From Paraphysomonas bandaiensis (taxonomy: Eukaryota; Protista; Chrysophyceae): a stretch of 64,000 bases of DNA. Below, one piece after another: positions 48,209 to 62,800 of this stretch (the first letter of the stretch is position 1; every line of letters starts with the position of its first letter). The notes under the pieces were generated by a model. It was not told where the DNA came from, searched no databases, and worked only from the letters and a program-made list of their open reading frames with translations. The stretch covers positions 62,001-126,000 of the forward strand of contig CBFFRP010000036.1 in NCBI GenBank assembly GCA_965644295.1, written 5' to 3'. The position numbers were made by a program, and so were the translations under genes.

Positions 48209-48500
48209 CAAGGGACACTAATTTGTGTCACTTGTGTAGACGTCATTAGGCCTTGGCGAATAAACAGGCATCCGGGAATGGGCCCACCTCAAGGGCATCC
48301 TACTAAAGTCAAGCATTAGGGCTGTTCACCTTAAGGACAGAGAGCGAAAGTGGTTGCACCTTGGTGCATGTGGTGACGCATTTTGTAGCGCCAAGTAGTA
48401 GAATATCAGAGCTAAGCACTAGATAGTTAAATTGTTTCGCTACATTAGTTCTGACTCCTAACTCTTGCACCCCTATTGCTGATAACCAGAGATTCACTGC
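48209..48500 (+). repeat. Dispersed repeat copy (5'-truncated LINE-like 3' end)
   Basis: CAAGGGACAC...GTGTCACTTGTGTAGACGTC...GAATAAACAGGCATCCGG...GTGGTTGCACCTTGGTGC shared with the 47494 copy; tail shared with 5108-5265. Confidence 0.8.
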
Positions 48501-49273
48501 TATAATTATGCAGTGATAGGGAACAATATACTGATTGGCGGACCGGCCAAAAATTCTGATAAAGTAGCTCATTATATATTGCAATCAATGTATTATACAG
48601 AAAGCTCCTCAACTGTTGGGGGCAAAATATAAGTCAATATATATAAAATATAAGTATCCGGAATTTTTTTTGATTTTATTTTCTAGTTTTTATGTATCGC
48701 CAGCTCAAACAGTCTCCCCTGGTATAATGTATGAGCAAGAAATGACAAATAACAAATAACTAGATATACAACGATTATTAGAAGTATTATGAAAACTGGC
48801 GAGGATGGTAACACTTTACAACAGGGTTATATTTAGAAACTGGCAACCTGGTTAATGGCGAAAATAGAGAAAAAATTACATCTAAGGTGTAGAATATAAT
48901 GCATAAAACACGCATTAGACTGTTGCGAGCTCTCGGGAGTCTTTACGACATGAAAATACAAATACGTGCTGCTTATTATTTCACTCTTATCAAGTACTCA
49001 TTGGCAGAGTTTTTCGAATAATCACTTTATTACAGAACAAGTAGCCCACTGAAATGAATAGCATATAACAACGATATATGGACTCGTTATACACAAGAAA
49101 TTTAGGTGGCTAGCTGCGGTGAAACAGAACAAATAGGATATAAATATAGCATGGGCGCGCACGATATCATTATCTTGATAAAAATATATACAAAATAATA
49201 CAATTCATGGTGAGAGTTTCAGTATATTAATAGTACAGCATATATTGCTCAACAGAACCGCAGCGAGTGCAGT

Positions 49274-49781
49274 GAAGCCGTGCTACTTCACGGTTTGAGT
49301 GAGCCTGCAGACAGGACCACGTTGAAAACATCGAATAACATGTATTCATCACACCTGTTGCCGTATAAGACGTGGATTTCCGATATTTTCTGCACTGATC
49401 ATACACTCCGGACGACCACATCTGAATAGTTCTGAATAAATATAGAGATAAAATTATACAATAAACATACCGAAAATTTCGAGCTGCAGCTCGATAAGCT
49501 CTTTCTCGGGCATCTAGTCGTAAGTCTTCCCTTTCATTTTGAGATGGGAATAGATTATTTGCAGGACAATCTGTTAATGGAGAGCGGCGATTATTATCTC
49601 CAAACCCGCATAATGGTGGCAGAATATCAATATCTGGAAAATTATTATCATCATCACTGTCATTACTTTCAATAATAACATCACTGTCCCATATATCGGA
49701 TGGTCTTATGTTCCGTATGTGTCCTGTATGACCATTAGATGGATTGGTTGTATGTGTTTTAGTTGGTGTTGTGTATGGCAT
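49274..49781 (-). CDS. Small hypothetical protein (probably 2 short introns)
   Basis: ATG at 49781; acidic then charged-helical segment; plausible GTATGT...TTCAG and GTGTG...CTGCAG introns; no recognisable family. Confidence 0.5.
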
Positions 49782-50840
49782 TATGAGGGAAGAGTAATCT
49801 ACAGGAGAGATATATGAGTTAGTGTATAGAGTTATAGTGATGATAGTGTAGATAGATAGATGGGTACATGAGACGTGTATGGAATGAGCATAGTGACACT
49901 GGATGAATAGGCTACTGTATATATGAGAGTTACACTGTGTATGATGAGGTAAGAGAGAGGGAAGTAGTGGTGAGTTAAGGTAAGTGGAAGAGAATTATTG
50001 AAGCATTCCTTATATATGACTGATAGTGTTATGTATGCGGTATGCAGCATATGGTGTAGAGATGTACTGTATGTAGAGGGGCCATATGATGTACTGCTGT
50101 ATACGGTATATATATACAGAGTACATGTATATGGACATCTTCTATATGAGTGTGTATGGACCAGTCGATGGCATAACGTACACCAGTACACTACGAATAA
50201 TCATATATACGGCAGAACTCATAGACGACTGTACTGGCTACGAGAAATAGGTCCCTATGCAAAAAATAGGTACCAGAATTTTATGTATGCATCAGCTGAC
50301 GGTATACCACAGTGCACCATCGTATGTATATGTGGCATATAGAGAATGTCTTGATTTTTGGTATTTTTTGAGGGAAGAAAAATATTCAAAAACTAGTACT
50401 TTCTGTACAAAAACTAGTATTTATAGCTATATTTCATGTCTAGATTTTTATGTTTGTTGAAGTTCGATATTGGATGATGAAAGTTTATTTTTGTGACGTT
50501 AGTATTTAGGTTGATGTACTCTCGCCCGTCTTTACGTGCATATTCATATGTAGGATAGTCCATATGATAGATCCATATATTGGCAGTACATAGGCAGAGT
50601 GTTAAGGTATAGATATCAATGAGCAGAGTGTTAAGGTAACTTATAGATATCAGTGACATCAAGTGAAACTACATGACACTTTAAGACTAACCCTTCTCCC
50701 CATTATATCGTGTATCAAAGACTGTATATAGAACTCTATCAGTATATACATAAAGACTCAGACATGCTTATATACAGTTACTTCTAGTTACTTTCATACA
50801 CCATTTACGGATAGAACAAGCAAGTAAAGATATACGCATA

Positions 50841-53800
50841 ATGTGTTTACGCTTCTATACATATATTATTACTTGGAGTTTATTGAAATCTGTCGTTTGT
50901 AATACAGAAGAGGGTAACAAGCACTTAAAGTGTGTACCTGGATCAGAGGAGTGCTGTAATTATCAAGGTGTATGTAATTCGGATGGGACAGTGTGTGAAT
51001 GTTATGATCAGGAGCACTTCTGGGCGTCTGATATGTGCTCCACCTGGCACACAGGCCCCCAGTTAAACCATGGCCAATATTGTGTTCCAAATACCAGAAA
51101 TTATTACTGTAGTTTTAAGGGTATCTGTAATTCAGAGGGCACCGCTTGCGTTTGCGACGATCCGATGAACAGATTTTCTTCTGAGCGCTGTGCAATATGG
51201 CATGATGTGTCTGAAGGTATGGATATTACTTGTTCCACTGAGTCTAGGTTGTATTGTTCCAACGCGGGCCATTGCAATCCTACCAATGGGAAGTGTGTTT
51301 GTGATGATCCAGACCATGCTTGGTCCTCCGAGAGGTGTGCAATATGGCACCCCGGACCAGAACTCGCAGAAGGTCTTTTCTGTACCCCTCTCGAGAACAA
51401 TTACTACTGCGGTCATGTCGGTACTTGCGCCGCCGATGGCCTTTCGTGTAATTGTGTAGACCATCATCACAGGTTGGTGACTTTTCATTGTGTAAACAGA
51501 GTGTTAGCTGTAAATACTTGGGTGGCAGATTTGTATGTACTTTTGTGTCATTAATTGTGATCATCTTTACCTGACATTTGTTTCAGACGATCGTACGAAC
51601 GGTGTAGAATATGGCACAGTCCTAACCCAGTTGAGTGCATTTATAGTGGTTCAATGATATTGAATAATGCATTCACACCCAACCAAGAAATGCTGTCAGT
51701 GGACCCGACTGTTGTTTCGCTGGGCTCGACACCATCTCCAGCGGGAATGGTCGGTTCGACCACGCCCCCAACTCCAACAGTGGGTGGCACACCATCCCCA
51801 AGCGATGTACCGACTGCTCGCCCAGAGTCAGCTCCTAAACCAGCTCCTGAACCTGCTCCATCTTCATCAGAGCCGCCGTTGTTTGAAACCACACTTCCGC
51901 CGACTCTGGTCCCTACTATTTCCTTATTTACGACATTACCCACAGCACACATAGCGACTTATAAACCGTCAATGTCGCAACCACCTGCTACACCACCAGT
52001 AGTAGGTGAATCAAGTGCTCCCACATCAAACATTGTTTCCAATGCTCCATCATTGGTTCCCACGGCTGTAGCTGCAAGTGCAACTCCAACTACGCCACCG
52101 AGAATAGCAGATGAAATGAATACCCCGACTACTGCACCCGCTGCTATTGAAACATATTTTCCCACGGAATTTCCTACTGTTAGTCTAGATACTCGCACTC
52201 CAACAATATCACCAGCATTTTTCTCTCCAACGGCATCTCCTACCTTAATTGGATTAACCAACGACCCGACTATGCTTCCTACTTCTGAAGTCGTCACGAG
52301 TACTCCTACCGTGCAACCTACAATAGAGGATGATATTGGTACTCCATCAGTCGTACCTACAATAGAGGATGATAGTGGTGCTCCAAGCGCGAATCCAACA
52401 TTGGAGGGAGTAAATACCCACCCGACGATGTTACCTACTTCTGATGCCATCACTAGTATTCCTACAATGCAACCTACAGTGGAGGATGATACTGGTGCTC
52501 CTAGCGCGAATCCAACATTGGAGGAAGTAACTACTCACCCGACGATGTTACCTACTTCTCAGGTCGTCACGAGTGTTCCCACTGTGCAACCTACAATAGA
52601 TGGTGATATTGGTACTCCGTCAGTCGTACCTACAATAGAGGATGATAGTGGTGCTCCAAGCGCGAATCCAACATTGGAGAGAGTAACTACTCACCCGACG
52701 ATGTTACCTACTTCTGATTCAATCACTAGTATTCCTACCGTGAAACCTACAGCGGAGGATGATAATGATACTCCAAGCGCGAATCCAACACTGGAGGAAG
52801 TAACTACTCCCCCGACGATGTTACCTACTTCTCAAGTCGTCACTAGTACTCCTACCGTGCAACCTACAATAGATGGTGATACTGGTACTCCGTCAGTCGT
52901 ACCTACAATAGAGGATGATAGTGGTGCTCCAAGCGCGAATCCAACATTGGAGGGAGTAAATACCCACCCGACGATGTTACCTACTTCTGATGCCATCACT
53001 AGTATTCCTACAATGCAACCTACAGTGGAGGATGATAATGGTACTCCAAGCGCGAATCCAACACTGGAGGAAGTAACTACTCACCCGATGATGTTACCTA
53101 CTTCTGATGCCATCACGAGTGTTCCCACTGTGCAACCTACAATAGATGGTGATATTGGTACTCCATCAGTCGTACCTACAATAGAGGATGATAGTGGTGC
53201 TCCAAGCGCGAATCCAACATTGGAGGGAGTAAATACTCCCCCGACGATATTACCTACTTCTGATGCCATCACTAGTATTCCTACAATGCAACCTACAGCG
53301 GAGGATGATACTGGTGCTCCTAGCGCGAATCCAACATTGGAGGGAGTAACTACTCCCCCGACGATGTTACCTACTTCTCAGGTCGTCACGAGTGTTCCCA
53401 CTGTGCAACCTACAATAAATGGTGATACTTGTACTCCGTCAGTCGAACCTACAATAGAGGATGATAGAGGTGCTCCAAGCGCGAATCCAACATTGGAGGG
53501 AGTAAGTAATGATCCAACGATGTTACCTACTTCTGATGCCATCACTAGTGTTCCCACTGTGCAACCTACAATAGATGGTGATATTGGTACTCCGTCAGTC
53601 GTACCTACAATAGAGGATGATAGTGGTGCTCCAAGCGCGAATCCAACATTGGAGAGAGTAACTACTCACCCGACGATGTTACCTACTTCTGATGCCATCA
53701 CTAGTATTCCTACAATGCAACCTACAGTGGAGGATGATAATGATACTCCAAGCGCGAATCCAACACTGGAGGAAGTAACTACTCCCCTGACGATGTTACC

Positions 53801-56800
53801 TACTTCTCAAGTCGTCACTAGTACTCCTACCGTGCAACCTACAATAGATGGTGATACTGGTACTCCGTCAGTCGTACCTACAATAGAGGATGATAGTGGT
53901 GCTCCAAGCGCGAATCCAACATTGGAGGGAGTAAATACCCACCCGACGATGTTACCTACTTCTGATTCAATCACTAGTATTCCTACCGTGAAACCTACAG
54001 TGGAGGATGATAATGATACTCCAAGCGCGAATCCAACACTGGAGGAAGTAACTACTCCCCCGACGATGTTACCTACTTCTCAGGTCGTCACGAGTGTTCC
54101 CACTGTGCAACCTACAATAGATGGTGATACTGGTACTCCGTCAGTCGTACCTACAATAGAGGATGATAGTGGTGCTCCAAGCGCGAATCCAACATTGGAG
54201 GGAGTAAGTAATGATCCAACGATGTTACCTACTTCTGAGGTCGCCACGAGTATTCCTTCTATGATACCTTCTGTCCAGGGCACTGGGCATATTGATACTG
54301 TGCAACCCACGGTAGAGGACGAGACAAGGACTCCCACCGTAGTTCCTGTAATTGTTAGCGATACGATTTCTCCAACTCTATCGCCGATTGATCTCGATGT
54401 TACACATGTCCCCTCTGCTGTACCAATGATATCTAATGACGGAGATTCGCCGACAATTTTCCCCTCTGTTTATAATGTGCATACTTCAGAGCCGACACTT
54501 TTTTCTTTTCAAGATTCACAGTTTCTGCAGTCTCTCAGTGGAGAATATGACTTGTATGTTACTTATGTAACCAAATCTGATTTTGATTTAGAGAGTATGG
54601 AAGAATCATGGCGCTATTTTGCTGATAATCTACTTGACATTCCCTTTGATGTTGATTATTATGAGCTTGCGTTACGAGGAGTCGTTTATTACCCTGAAGA
54701 TGGGACGTACAACACACTCGAAGCATCTTGTCCGGACTCTTTAACCTCGAATATGATTGTATCCATGATATCACAAAGAGGAGATATTTCGCGGCAATGT
54801 GGCGGAAGTGTCTGGAATGTTATTGATGGAATACTTTGTATCAATTGCACATTGAATTCTACCTGTGTTGAGTATCAGGAAAATATGTTCTCCGTTGCTC
54901 CTGCAAGTAGGTGCGTTTCTGAAGGAAGTGCGGTTGCCTTGTATGGCTATGCGTTTGGTGCAAATATTCATCAAGTTGTCCCACCCACAGTACCGCAGAT
55001 TCAGGACATTGAGTTAGTTGAGTCTCGAAATTCAATGCTTCGTATTGGTGTGCATGTCAACACTACAGAACTCGGGGGTACACTTTATTGTGGAGCATTC
55101 TCACCCGGCTACTTACCGTCAAGCCCAGAAGAAATTGCGTCACAGGGAAATAGTGCTTGGTCGCCATCTATACGTGACACCAATGCATTCTCTACAGTGA
55201 TTACTGTCGATATCAGAGGGCTTCCTGCCAACACATATTTTGATGTGTACTGTACGGCAGAAGATTCATTGGGAAATTTTTTAAGTAGTGAAGACTTTTT
55301 ATTGTTAGCTGCCTCAACTGAGTGTTGTCACAGCATTTTAGTCCGCCAACCACCTTATGCGCTTTCGAATTTTGAATCTTACACGGGCTTAACATTTAGA
55401 GAATTGCAAAAGCTCTCATTTGTATTGTCAGTTTCCAATTCTCCAGCAACTCATGTAGCTGTGCGTCCTTATACCACTAATACATCTATTGTATTTTACC
55501 CCTCAGTTGTATATTTTTCTGCTAGTGCCAATGTGAAATCGGCATCGTTTCTTATGTATGGAGCAATTGGTGAACAGAAAGTGTTGTTCAGTATTGAGGG
55601 TGAGAATGCCACGCAGTATTCACCTATCAACGAAGTTATTGTTGAAGTCGTTAACAATGACACTTCTCCTATGGGTTTTGTAAAAGTAGAAGGTGCTGTA
55701 TTTTCCGAAGATGGGACAGCGATGTTCATATATTTCGACAAGTCCACTGATAAAGGGCAAAGTTACTCGGAAAATGTACTTTTTCAGAGCTGGCAATGTA
55801 GTATTCTTTTCAATTTCAGTGCAGCGCATTCTTCCTCTTGCGCTTGGGTCAATGATACCACAGTTCGGGTATTGCTCTCTGTTGAGCCCAATGGCGTCGA
55901 AATGATTGAAGGTGAAAGTGTACAACTAATTGGCGATCGCGTGAAGCTACTGTGCGTCATTGCACAGTGCAGTAGTTATCCCTTCTCACCGTCTTCAGAG
56001 ACCGTAGTCACTTATCCAGACAAATTTCATCGTCCGCATCCTATAATCCTCGTTCCTTCGGCGATTAATATTGGAGACGAACTTACTATAGATATATCAC
56101 TTTCTTATGGTGCTTTAGGTAGACCTTGGGGTGTTGTCTTGTGGAGAGTAACTTCCAGTGATGGTAGTAATTGCTCGCAAATAGAAGGAATTCTCAACGC
56201 CGCTACCGCGTATGCGCCTATTATAATTCCACCCTACCTTCTTCATAGTACAACTTATTTTTTCAGTTTAGGCATCAGGAATTTCATGCAGGGTTCAGAT
56301 TATGAACCTATATTTCGCACTGCTCAGGTTACAGTGCAACCATTTGACCCGGTTGTAGTATCTATTGTGCTGGCCGCCCCAGAACTGTTATATGCCAGCT
56401 ATTTGCAGAATATTGATGTTTCCTCGTTTCTTGTTTTATCATTTCATGACAATGTATCTATCACGAAAACGGAGCTCTTTGGTACTGGGACGCCGAACTA
56501 TGACATTAAATTTTATGAAAATTTAGTGTTTCAACCGTTAATCGCATCAACTTCAAGAAATCCCTCCCGATTGGTCGTTCCACAGAAGGTGTTGAGACCT
56601 CTCAATACGTATCATGCGCATTTCGAGATGACCTCTCCGAACCAGTTACATAGTGCATCATCCTATCTTAAAATATTTGTGGAACGTGGACATGTTGAGG
56701 CGAAAATATCTGGCGGCTTTGATGTTAAGCTCAATGTACATTCTAGACTTGTTCTTAATGCATCACTATCGTATGAAGAAAGTGGACAGAATCTGAGATA

Positions 56801-59800
56801 TGAATGGGAATGTAGAGTTAGGTCATTGGCGAATTACAATGATATCTGTGACGATTTTTTTTCCAGCCAATATACATCAGCATCTAGATATGATAGCGTT
56901 GTAGTTTTCTCTGGCGGTGTACTACCTCCTGCGGTGACATATCAGTTTTATGTAACTGTTACAACAGCTGACGAAAGAAGTGATACGACCAGTGTCTATG
57001 TCACTCTGGTTGAGTATGAGAATTCAACGCTGCCGTTGCCGAATACTTTTGTGAGTACATCTGAGTCGAAGTTAACTTTGAGTGGTACAGTTTACTCTTC
57101 TGAAAATTCAGTGTTGGCATTTTGGTCCGGCGAGAACGTATACGATTTAAATATTGAGAATATAAGCCTAACTCCTACTCAAAGTGTATTTACTTCTACC
57201 CAATCTCGTACCGGTATTGACTTCGCCTATGCAGCCTATCTACAACATTTTAACAGTGAGCTCCCGTTTGTATTCCGTTTGACGGTAGTGGATACCACAA
57301 CTTCAAGCGATGTGTACTCAAGCATTTCGTTCACTAGAAATGCGGCGCCTTCTGGAGGGAAGTTTATTGTTTTACCTGAAGTCGGAATTTCTTTATCTAC
57401 TACATTTGAATTCAGCGCTATTTATTGGAGTGACATGGAAGGAAATTATCCACTCACTTATCAGTTTAGTTATCAGCGGACAGAGGAAGAGATTTCTCTG
57501 TCTGTGGCCTCCTTCAGTGTATTTCCTCATCAACACACGGAGCTATATCCGGGTTTATCATCAGCAAGCTATATCATTTCATGTAGAGTTATAGTATCCG
57601 ACTCCTTGTCGGCGCCAGTAGATGCCATTACTTATGTCCAATCACACCCAGGTGGGACTATCACTGATATTAATGTGACTAAATTGGAGGGTGATTTAGC
57701 AACACTATCCGCAAATTTTAGAAGCAGTGATATTCTCCGCGTTGTGCAGCGCACTGCAGTAATTATGAACTCACAGAACTGCAGTAAATCTCCGAACTGT
57801 TCTTTTTTGAATAGGTATGACTGCTATCGTTGGAAAGATACATGTGGACCATGCATCAAAGGCTTTACGGGAATCTCTGGGCCATCTAACTCAAGATGCT
57901 ATGATGAGAAAAGTACCAATGTTTCAGTTGCTATATCCGGCAGTTTGAGTTGCATTTCGAATTGGGATTGTGTCCTTGGTAATTGTGACAATAACAAGTG
58001 TTCAGTACCACATAAATCATGCCCCGGATCTGCCGTTGATAATATTTGTTCTGGCAACGGGGTGTGTACATTCTATTCGTCCTTGGGTGAAGTGCTTGCA
58101 GATTGTCTGGAGACCAACAGTAATTGTTACGCAAGCTGTGACTGTTTTTCAGGTTATGGCGGCCATGACTGCAGCTTGAGTTACCATGATGTTGTCGCTA
58201 GAGAGAAAGTACGAGGAGTACTTTGTGATGCATTGTATATGTCCACTACCTATACAGATTATTCTAGCGAAATGCTGGAACAAATTGCTGAGACAGTTGA
58301 GATACTGTATAACCCTAACGAGCTTGTGTCTGATGAAAGTCGAATTATTTGTTCAACTCTATTACCAGTTGTGTCTGACTTGTTAGATTCTGAATATTTA
58401 TCAGGTGCAGCATTGAGCACGCCGTCCGATGCTCTCGAATTAGTATCTCTATTTCTGGGCCCTCGAGTTTATGTCAGTACTGGCGTTGGGTTTGCAGGTC
58501 GTTTCGATTCGAGACGAGCACTTACTGTTACAACGGATATAGTTAACTTGCGTGTTATCTCTCTTGCAGACAGCATTGTTAGTGCGTTACACAGTGATAT
58601 GGCACCTAGTCAATATCGACAGGATGTATTTTCGGATATGGTTCGATTATCAGTGCACTACGAAAATCAACTAAACCTTTTAAGAGCTGTTCTAGCACCC
58701 CCTATTACACAGAGAGAAGAAGCTTTAGGATATCGTGTCCCATCGTTTTCTTTGCCTACTAATGGGCTAATGTCTTGTGGATCTCCTAGTACGCATGCTA
58801 GGCTGGCTGTTATTCTTTGGGAATATCCGCCTTTCGAGTCGACGGAAGAAGTAGTGAGCAGTGTGTTACAGTTTTCGTTGCTACCTACACTTGATAACAT
58901 TGTTACCGAAGAAGAATTGGGATCATATACCATTCAATTAGTCTTCCCGGCATCAGTAACTTTTAATGGTACGCAGCCAGTGTGTAGAAAATATACCGAC
59001 TCGATCCCATCGGATAGTGAATGTCACTGCGACATTCTTGAATATTCGTCCGCAAATTTTACTGTCGAATGTATGAATTTTAGCAATCATTGCCCCTTGA
59101 GTGATTATAACCCTAATGGAGCTGCTGAGTTTGCATTGTCCAGCGAAGATTCGATATCTCGTTTCTTAAAGAATTCGAACGGTTATTTAACCACCTCGTA
59201 TTATGCCGTGAGCACTGATGTTGACGCGCCGGCCCAAGCATTGGGTGAAATTCCTTCTGTCATTCCAGACACAAGAGTTGGTATTGTATTCATATGCTTG
59301 TTGGCATTTTTTATGGTCCTGGGATTCTTTCTGTTCAGAAAGTGGGACAAAGATGACGCTCGAGTACTTCTTTATCACAGACAGATGGATTCTGACCCTT
59401 CACAATTCAATCTAACATCAGCGTTTGATAACAGAGGTATTGGCATATCTGGGTTTGAGAATATTTCTTATATGAACACGTCTGGCTCCAATAAAGAGGA
59501 TGATTCATCAGCAACGCCATCGTTTATGTCAGACGACTGTGAAGCAGATATAGTTGTAATCCCAACTCACCCTATGAATGCACTAGAAAGAGGACTTTCG
59601 AATGATAGCCTTGGTAAAACATGGGGACTACAATCATTTGAAGGTGCTTCGTTATCACCTGCACAGATGCAATCTGTTTTCAGTCCTAAGAATGAATTTT
59701 TAGACCCTTCCGTGACGTCGACTTCTTCTGATGCATCCATTGAAGCATCCAGGATTACAATTGATACTGGTGGCCTCTCTGACGAGCAGTATCTTGCCGC

Positions 59801-62800
59801 AGGAGAGTCGATTGTCTCTCAAATGAAAGGGGATTCTCAATGGAGCGGTTTAGCAGTCACTATTCGGTCTGCGCCTCCATCTCCAAGCGGGTCAAGTGAC
59901 TTAAATAAGTCAGTGAAGAAGATATCACATTTTTCTTACGATGATGATAGTGACGATAAAATGTTTTTTGATACAGTGCGACCGTCGTCGATTTCTTCTT
60001 GTGCTGATAAATTAGAAGTTCCCCAAGTTAGCATGTTAAAAGATTGTAGTTCGTGGCAGAAGTTTAAAGACGCTGTACGAAGACACCACCGATGGATTCG
60101 AGTTTTTACGTATCCATCTGTGTATCAACCACGACAAATCAGATTTCTTAGCGCCTGCAGTGATCTGTTGGTATTGATATTTGTCGATGTTACTTTCTAC
60201 AGTGTGTTTTATCCTGACGACAACACGTGTGAGCACTGGAGCGGAACTTCCAGAAGTGTTTGCACTGAAACCATGTCAAAGTTTGAGCGTCACCTCCCCA
60301 TGTGTACGTGGAATGCCGAAAGTGAGAGGTGTTCGCTCCGTTCTCCGGACACAACTATTGAGTTTGTTGTTTCTGTGAGCATCGCTCTTATCGTCTTGAG
60401 TATAGTTCCAAAGACATTGTTGCGCTATATACTGGAAACGTATTGCCGATGTTCCGCACACTACCTTACAATAAATAAACATCGGAAAGATGGTGTATTG
60501 GCAGCTGACCCAGACTTGAATACCCATCCTCTGACGTCACTGTCAATGACGCAATCTTCTAATAGACTGGCAGCTAATTATAGGCGAGGTGCCCGTGAAG
60601 CAAATCAAACTGTTGCTGATACTGTATCTTTCACAAAGAAGTTCGCGGTTTTATACAAGCGGTATGATGATGTCAGTCCAAGTGTAGAGGCTCGGCGTGC
60701 CATTGAAATGACCAGAACGTACCTTCAGCACAGCACGTTACGAATAGCAGTTCCTTGGAAGAAGTTGGGTGTCTCTGCGGAAAAAATTGCGCGAATAGAA
60801 TCGATATTTTATCGAATGGGATTAAATCTAGATGGCACCGAGCGCCCGTTGACGTTACTAGAACGCTGTAAGTATGGTACACAGGCAGATAAATTCATAT
60901 ATAAAATAACGAAGGCTAGAGTGATGGGTAAGAAAATTGGGCAGGAATGTCTGCTCTATAGGAATGCTGTATTTCAGAATATATACCTAGTACAGTCATT
61001 TGTCGCTGAATGTCTTTCTCCTATAAAGCGCTTCGCTGTACAACTCGAAATGGGTAAATATGATCAAGCATCCCCGCATCTACTCCCATTTTCGTATTTG
61101 CTTGCCTCGTGGTTTTCGGTGTTCCTGTGTTGGGGCTTCATGGCCTACTGGTCACTTAACTGGGCCTTTACAAACGGCGAAGCAGTTCGCAGCCACTGGG
61201 GCCGAGTTCTCATTCTAGTATTTGTGATAGACAGCTTCGTTAATGAAATGGCACAGATATACGTTATATACGTCATGTGTCTAAATCGTGTAAAACCTCA
61301 GCTGCAGCAGATATATTTTGTTTTGAATGACTTAATATTGACTCGCCACGAACTAAGGTCTAGCCGTTTATCTGCCAGATGTGTAAACCTTATTCATCAT
61401 TTGTCGGGAGCGTGTCGCGCGGCCAGGCAGACTGAACTTGGAACGTTAATTGCTGCAGAGCTGCTCATGCACATGGATGACTACGCTCTTGCTATCTGTC
61501 GACAACATTCAGGAGCAGTACTTGACAGTCTTTCCTATCTAATTCTAGCGTGTCCCGTTTACCTCGGCTTCGGTATTGAGTATATAGAGAAAGCTCTGTT
61601 GGATCTGTTTTTACCATCGTGTTTTTTTTTATTCGTGGTGATAAACGCCTTCATGTACAGATTCTCAACAGTTTTACTTGTCTGCTGCTACTTATTTTTT
61701 GTGACTTATTTGGTACTGTATGTATATATCATTCCACGCTTGAATAAAAGTCGGACAACCCCTTCTAAGTACAGTGGTACTAAATACCCTAGTGTTAAGG
61801 GCTGGCTCAAGGCACGTGATAAGAGTAGCCACTGGTATGTTCCGCTTCATAAAGTTCTCTGGTCAACAATATATCGAAGTCGGCACAAGAAACGCGACCA
61901 GATTTTTCAGTGGAGAAATCAAAATATGGCACATTTTAATCAAGGATGGGTTGATCCTGTGGGTGGTTTATCACAGAGTTTAGATGCGTACCCTTCATTT
62001 TCTACTGTCGGGTTCAAGGAATCCAATGAGAAAATTCCTATAGAGTTACGGAACTACGAGACAAAGGCTTTGACGTCGTCGAATTCATTCGTTGACGGCT
62101 CCCATCAACGCCGTGTGTCTCCAACAAAGGTGGATCGAAGTATGGATATCTCATCGTGTACTGATTATTCTCGGAGCGAAACATCTAACATTTTGTCAGG
62201 CGCGTCAGATATATTTATGAATGATTCAATAACCCAAACGAAGTCTTTTGATTTACTTCCGGATATTCCACGAAACAAATCCCGTGTAGCGATTGGAATT
62301 CCATTCGGGGATCGCTGGGAGGCTGGGCTCTCTGCAAAGGCTTCAGTGTTTCAAAGCGAACCAGTCTTGCGTCGGCATATTTCTTTTGTGACATCTGATG
62401 TTAGACTGGTTTTAGCACGTGCTGCGAAGATGTTTCATCTAATTGTTGATCAAGATTTAGGAGAAGAGACGAAATGTGAAGATGAAGTCCGGGATGTTGC
62501 TGATGTATCTCAATTGGCATTGTTAGTGAATTGGCTTTTGAGCACGTTTCAGCCATGTGGGTATTGCTTAGATCAAGATGAACTGAATGCTATCGTTGGA
62601 GATTTTATTCGATACGTCGATTATCACAGTGACAAATTTCCTAGTAGAAGCATGGATTGTGATAATTTTTGCTTTTGGTTGAAAGAAACACTGGCAGCTA
62701 TAAAGCTCCGTAGTGAAACTGTAGTGGACGAAGCCAACGACGACGATGTTGTCCTGGATAGTAATCCATTCGAAAATGGGTTATTTAGTAGGCGTCTTGG

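Noticed and set aside
52260-54260. CRISPR-like regular repeats
   Set aside because: In-frame coding minisatellite in a eukaryotic gene; no unique spacers and no cas genes.
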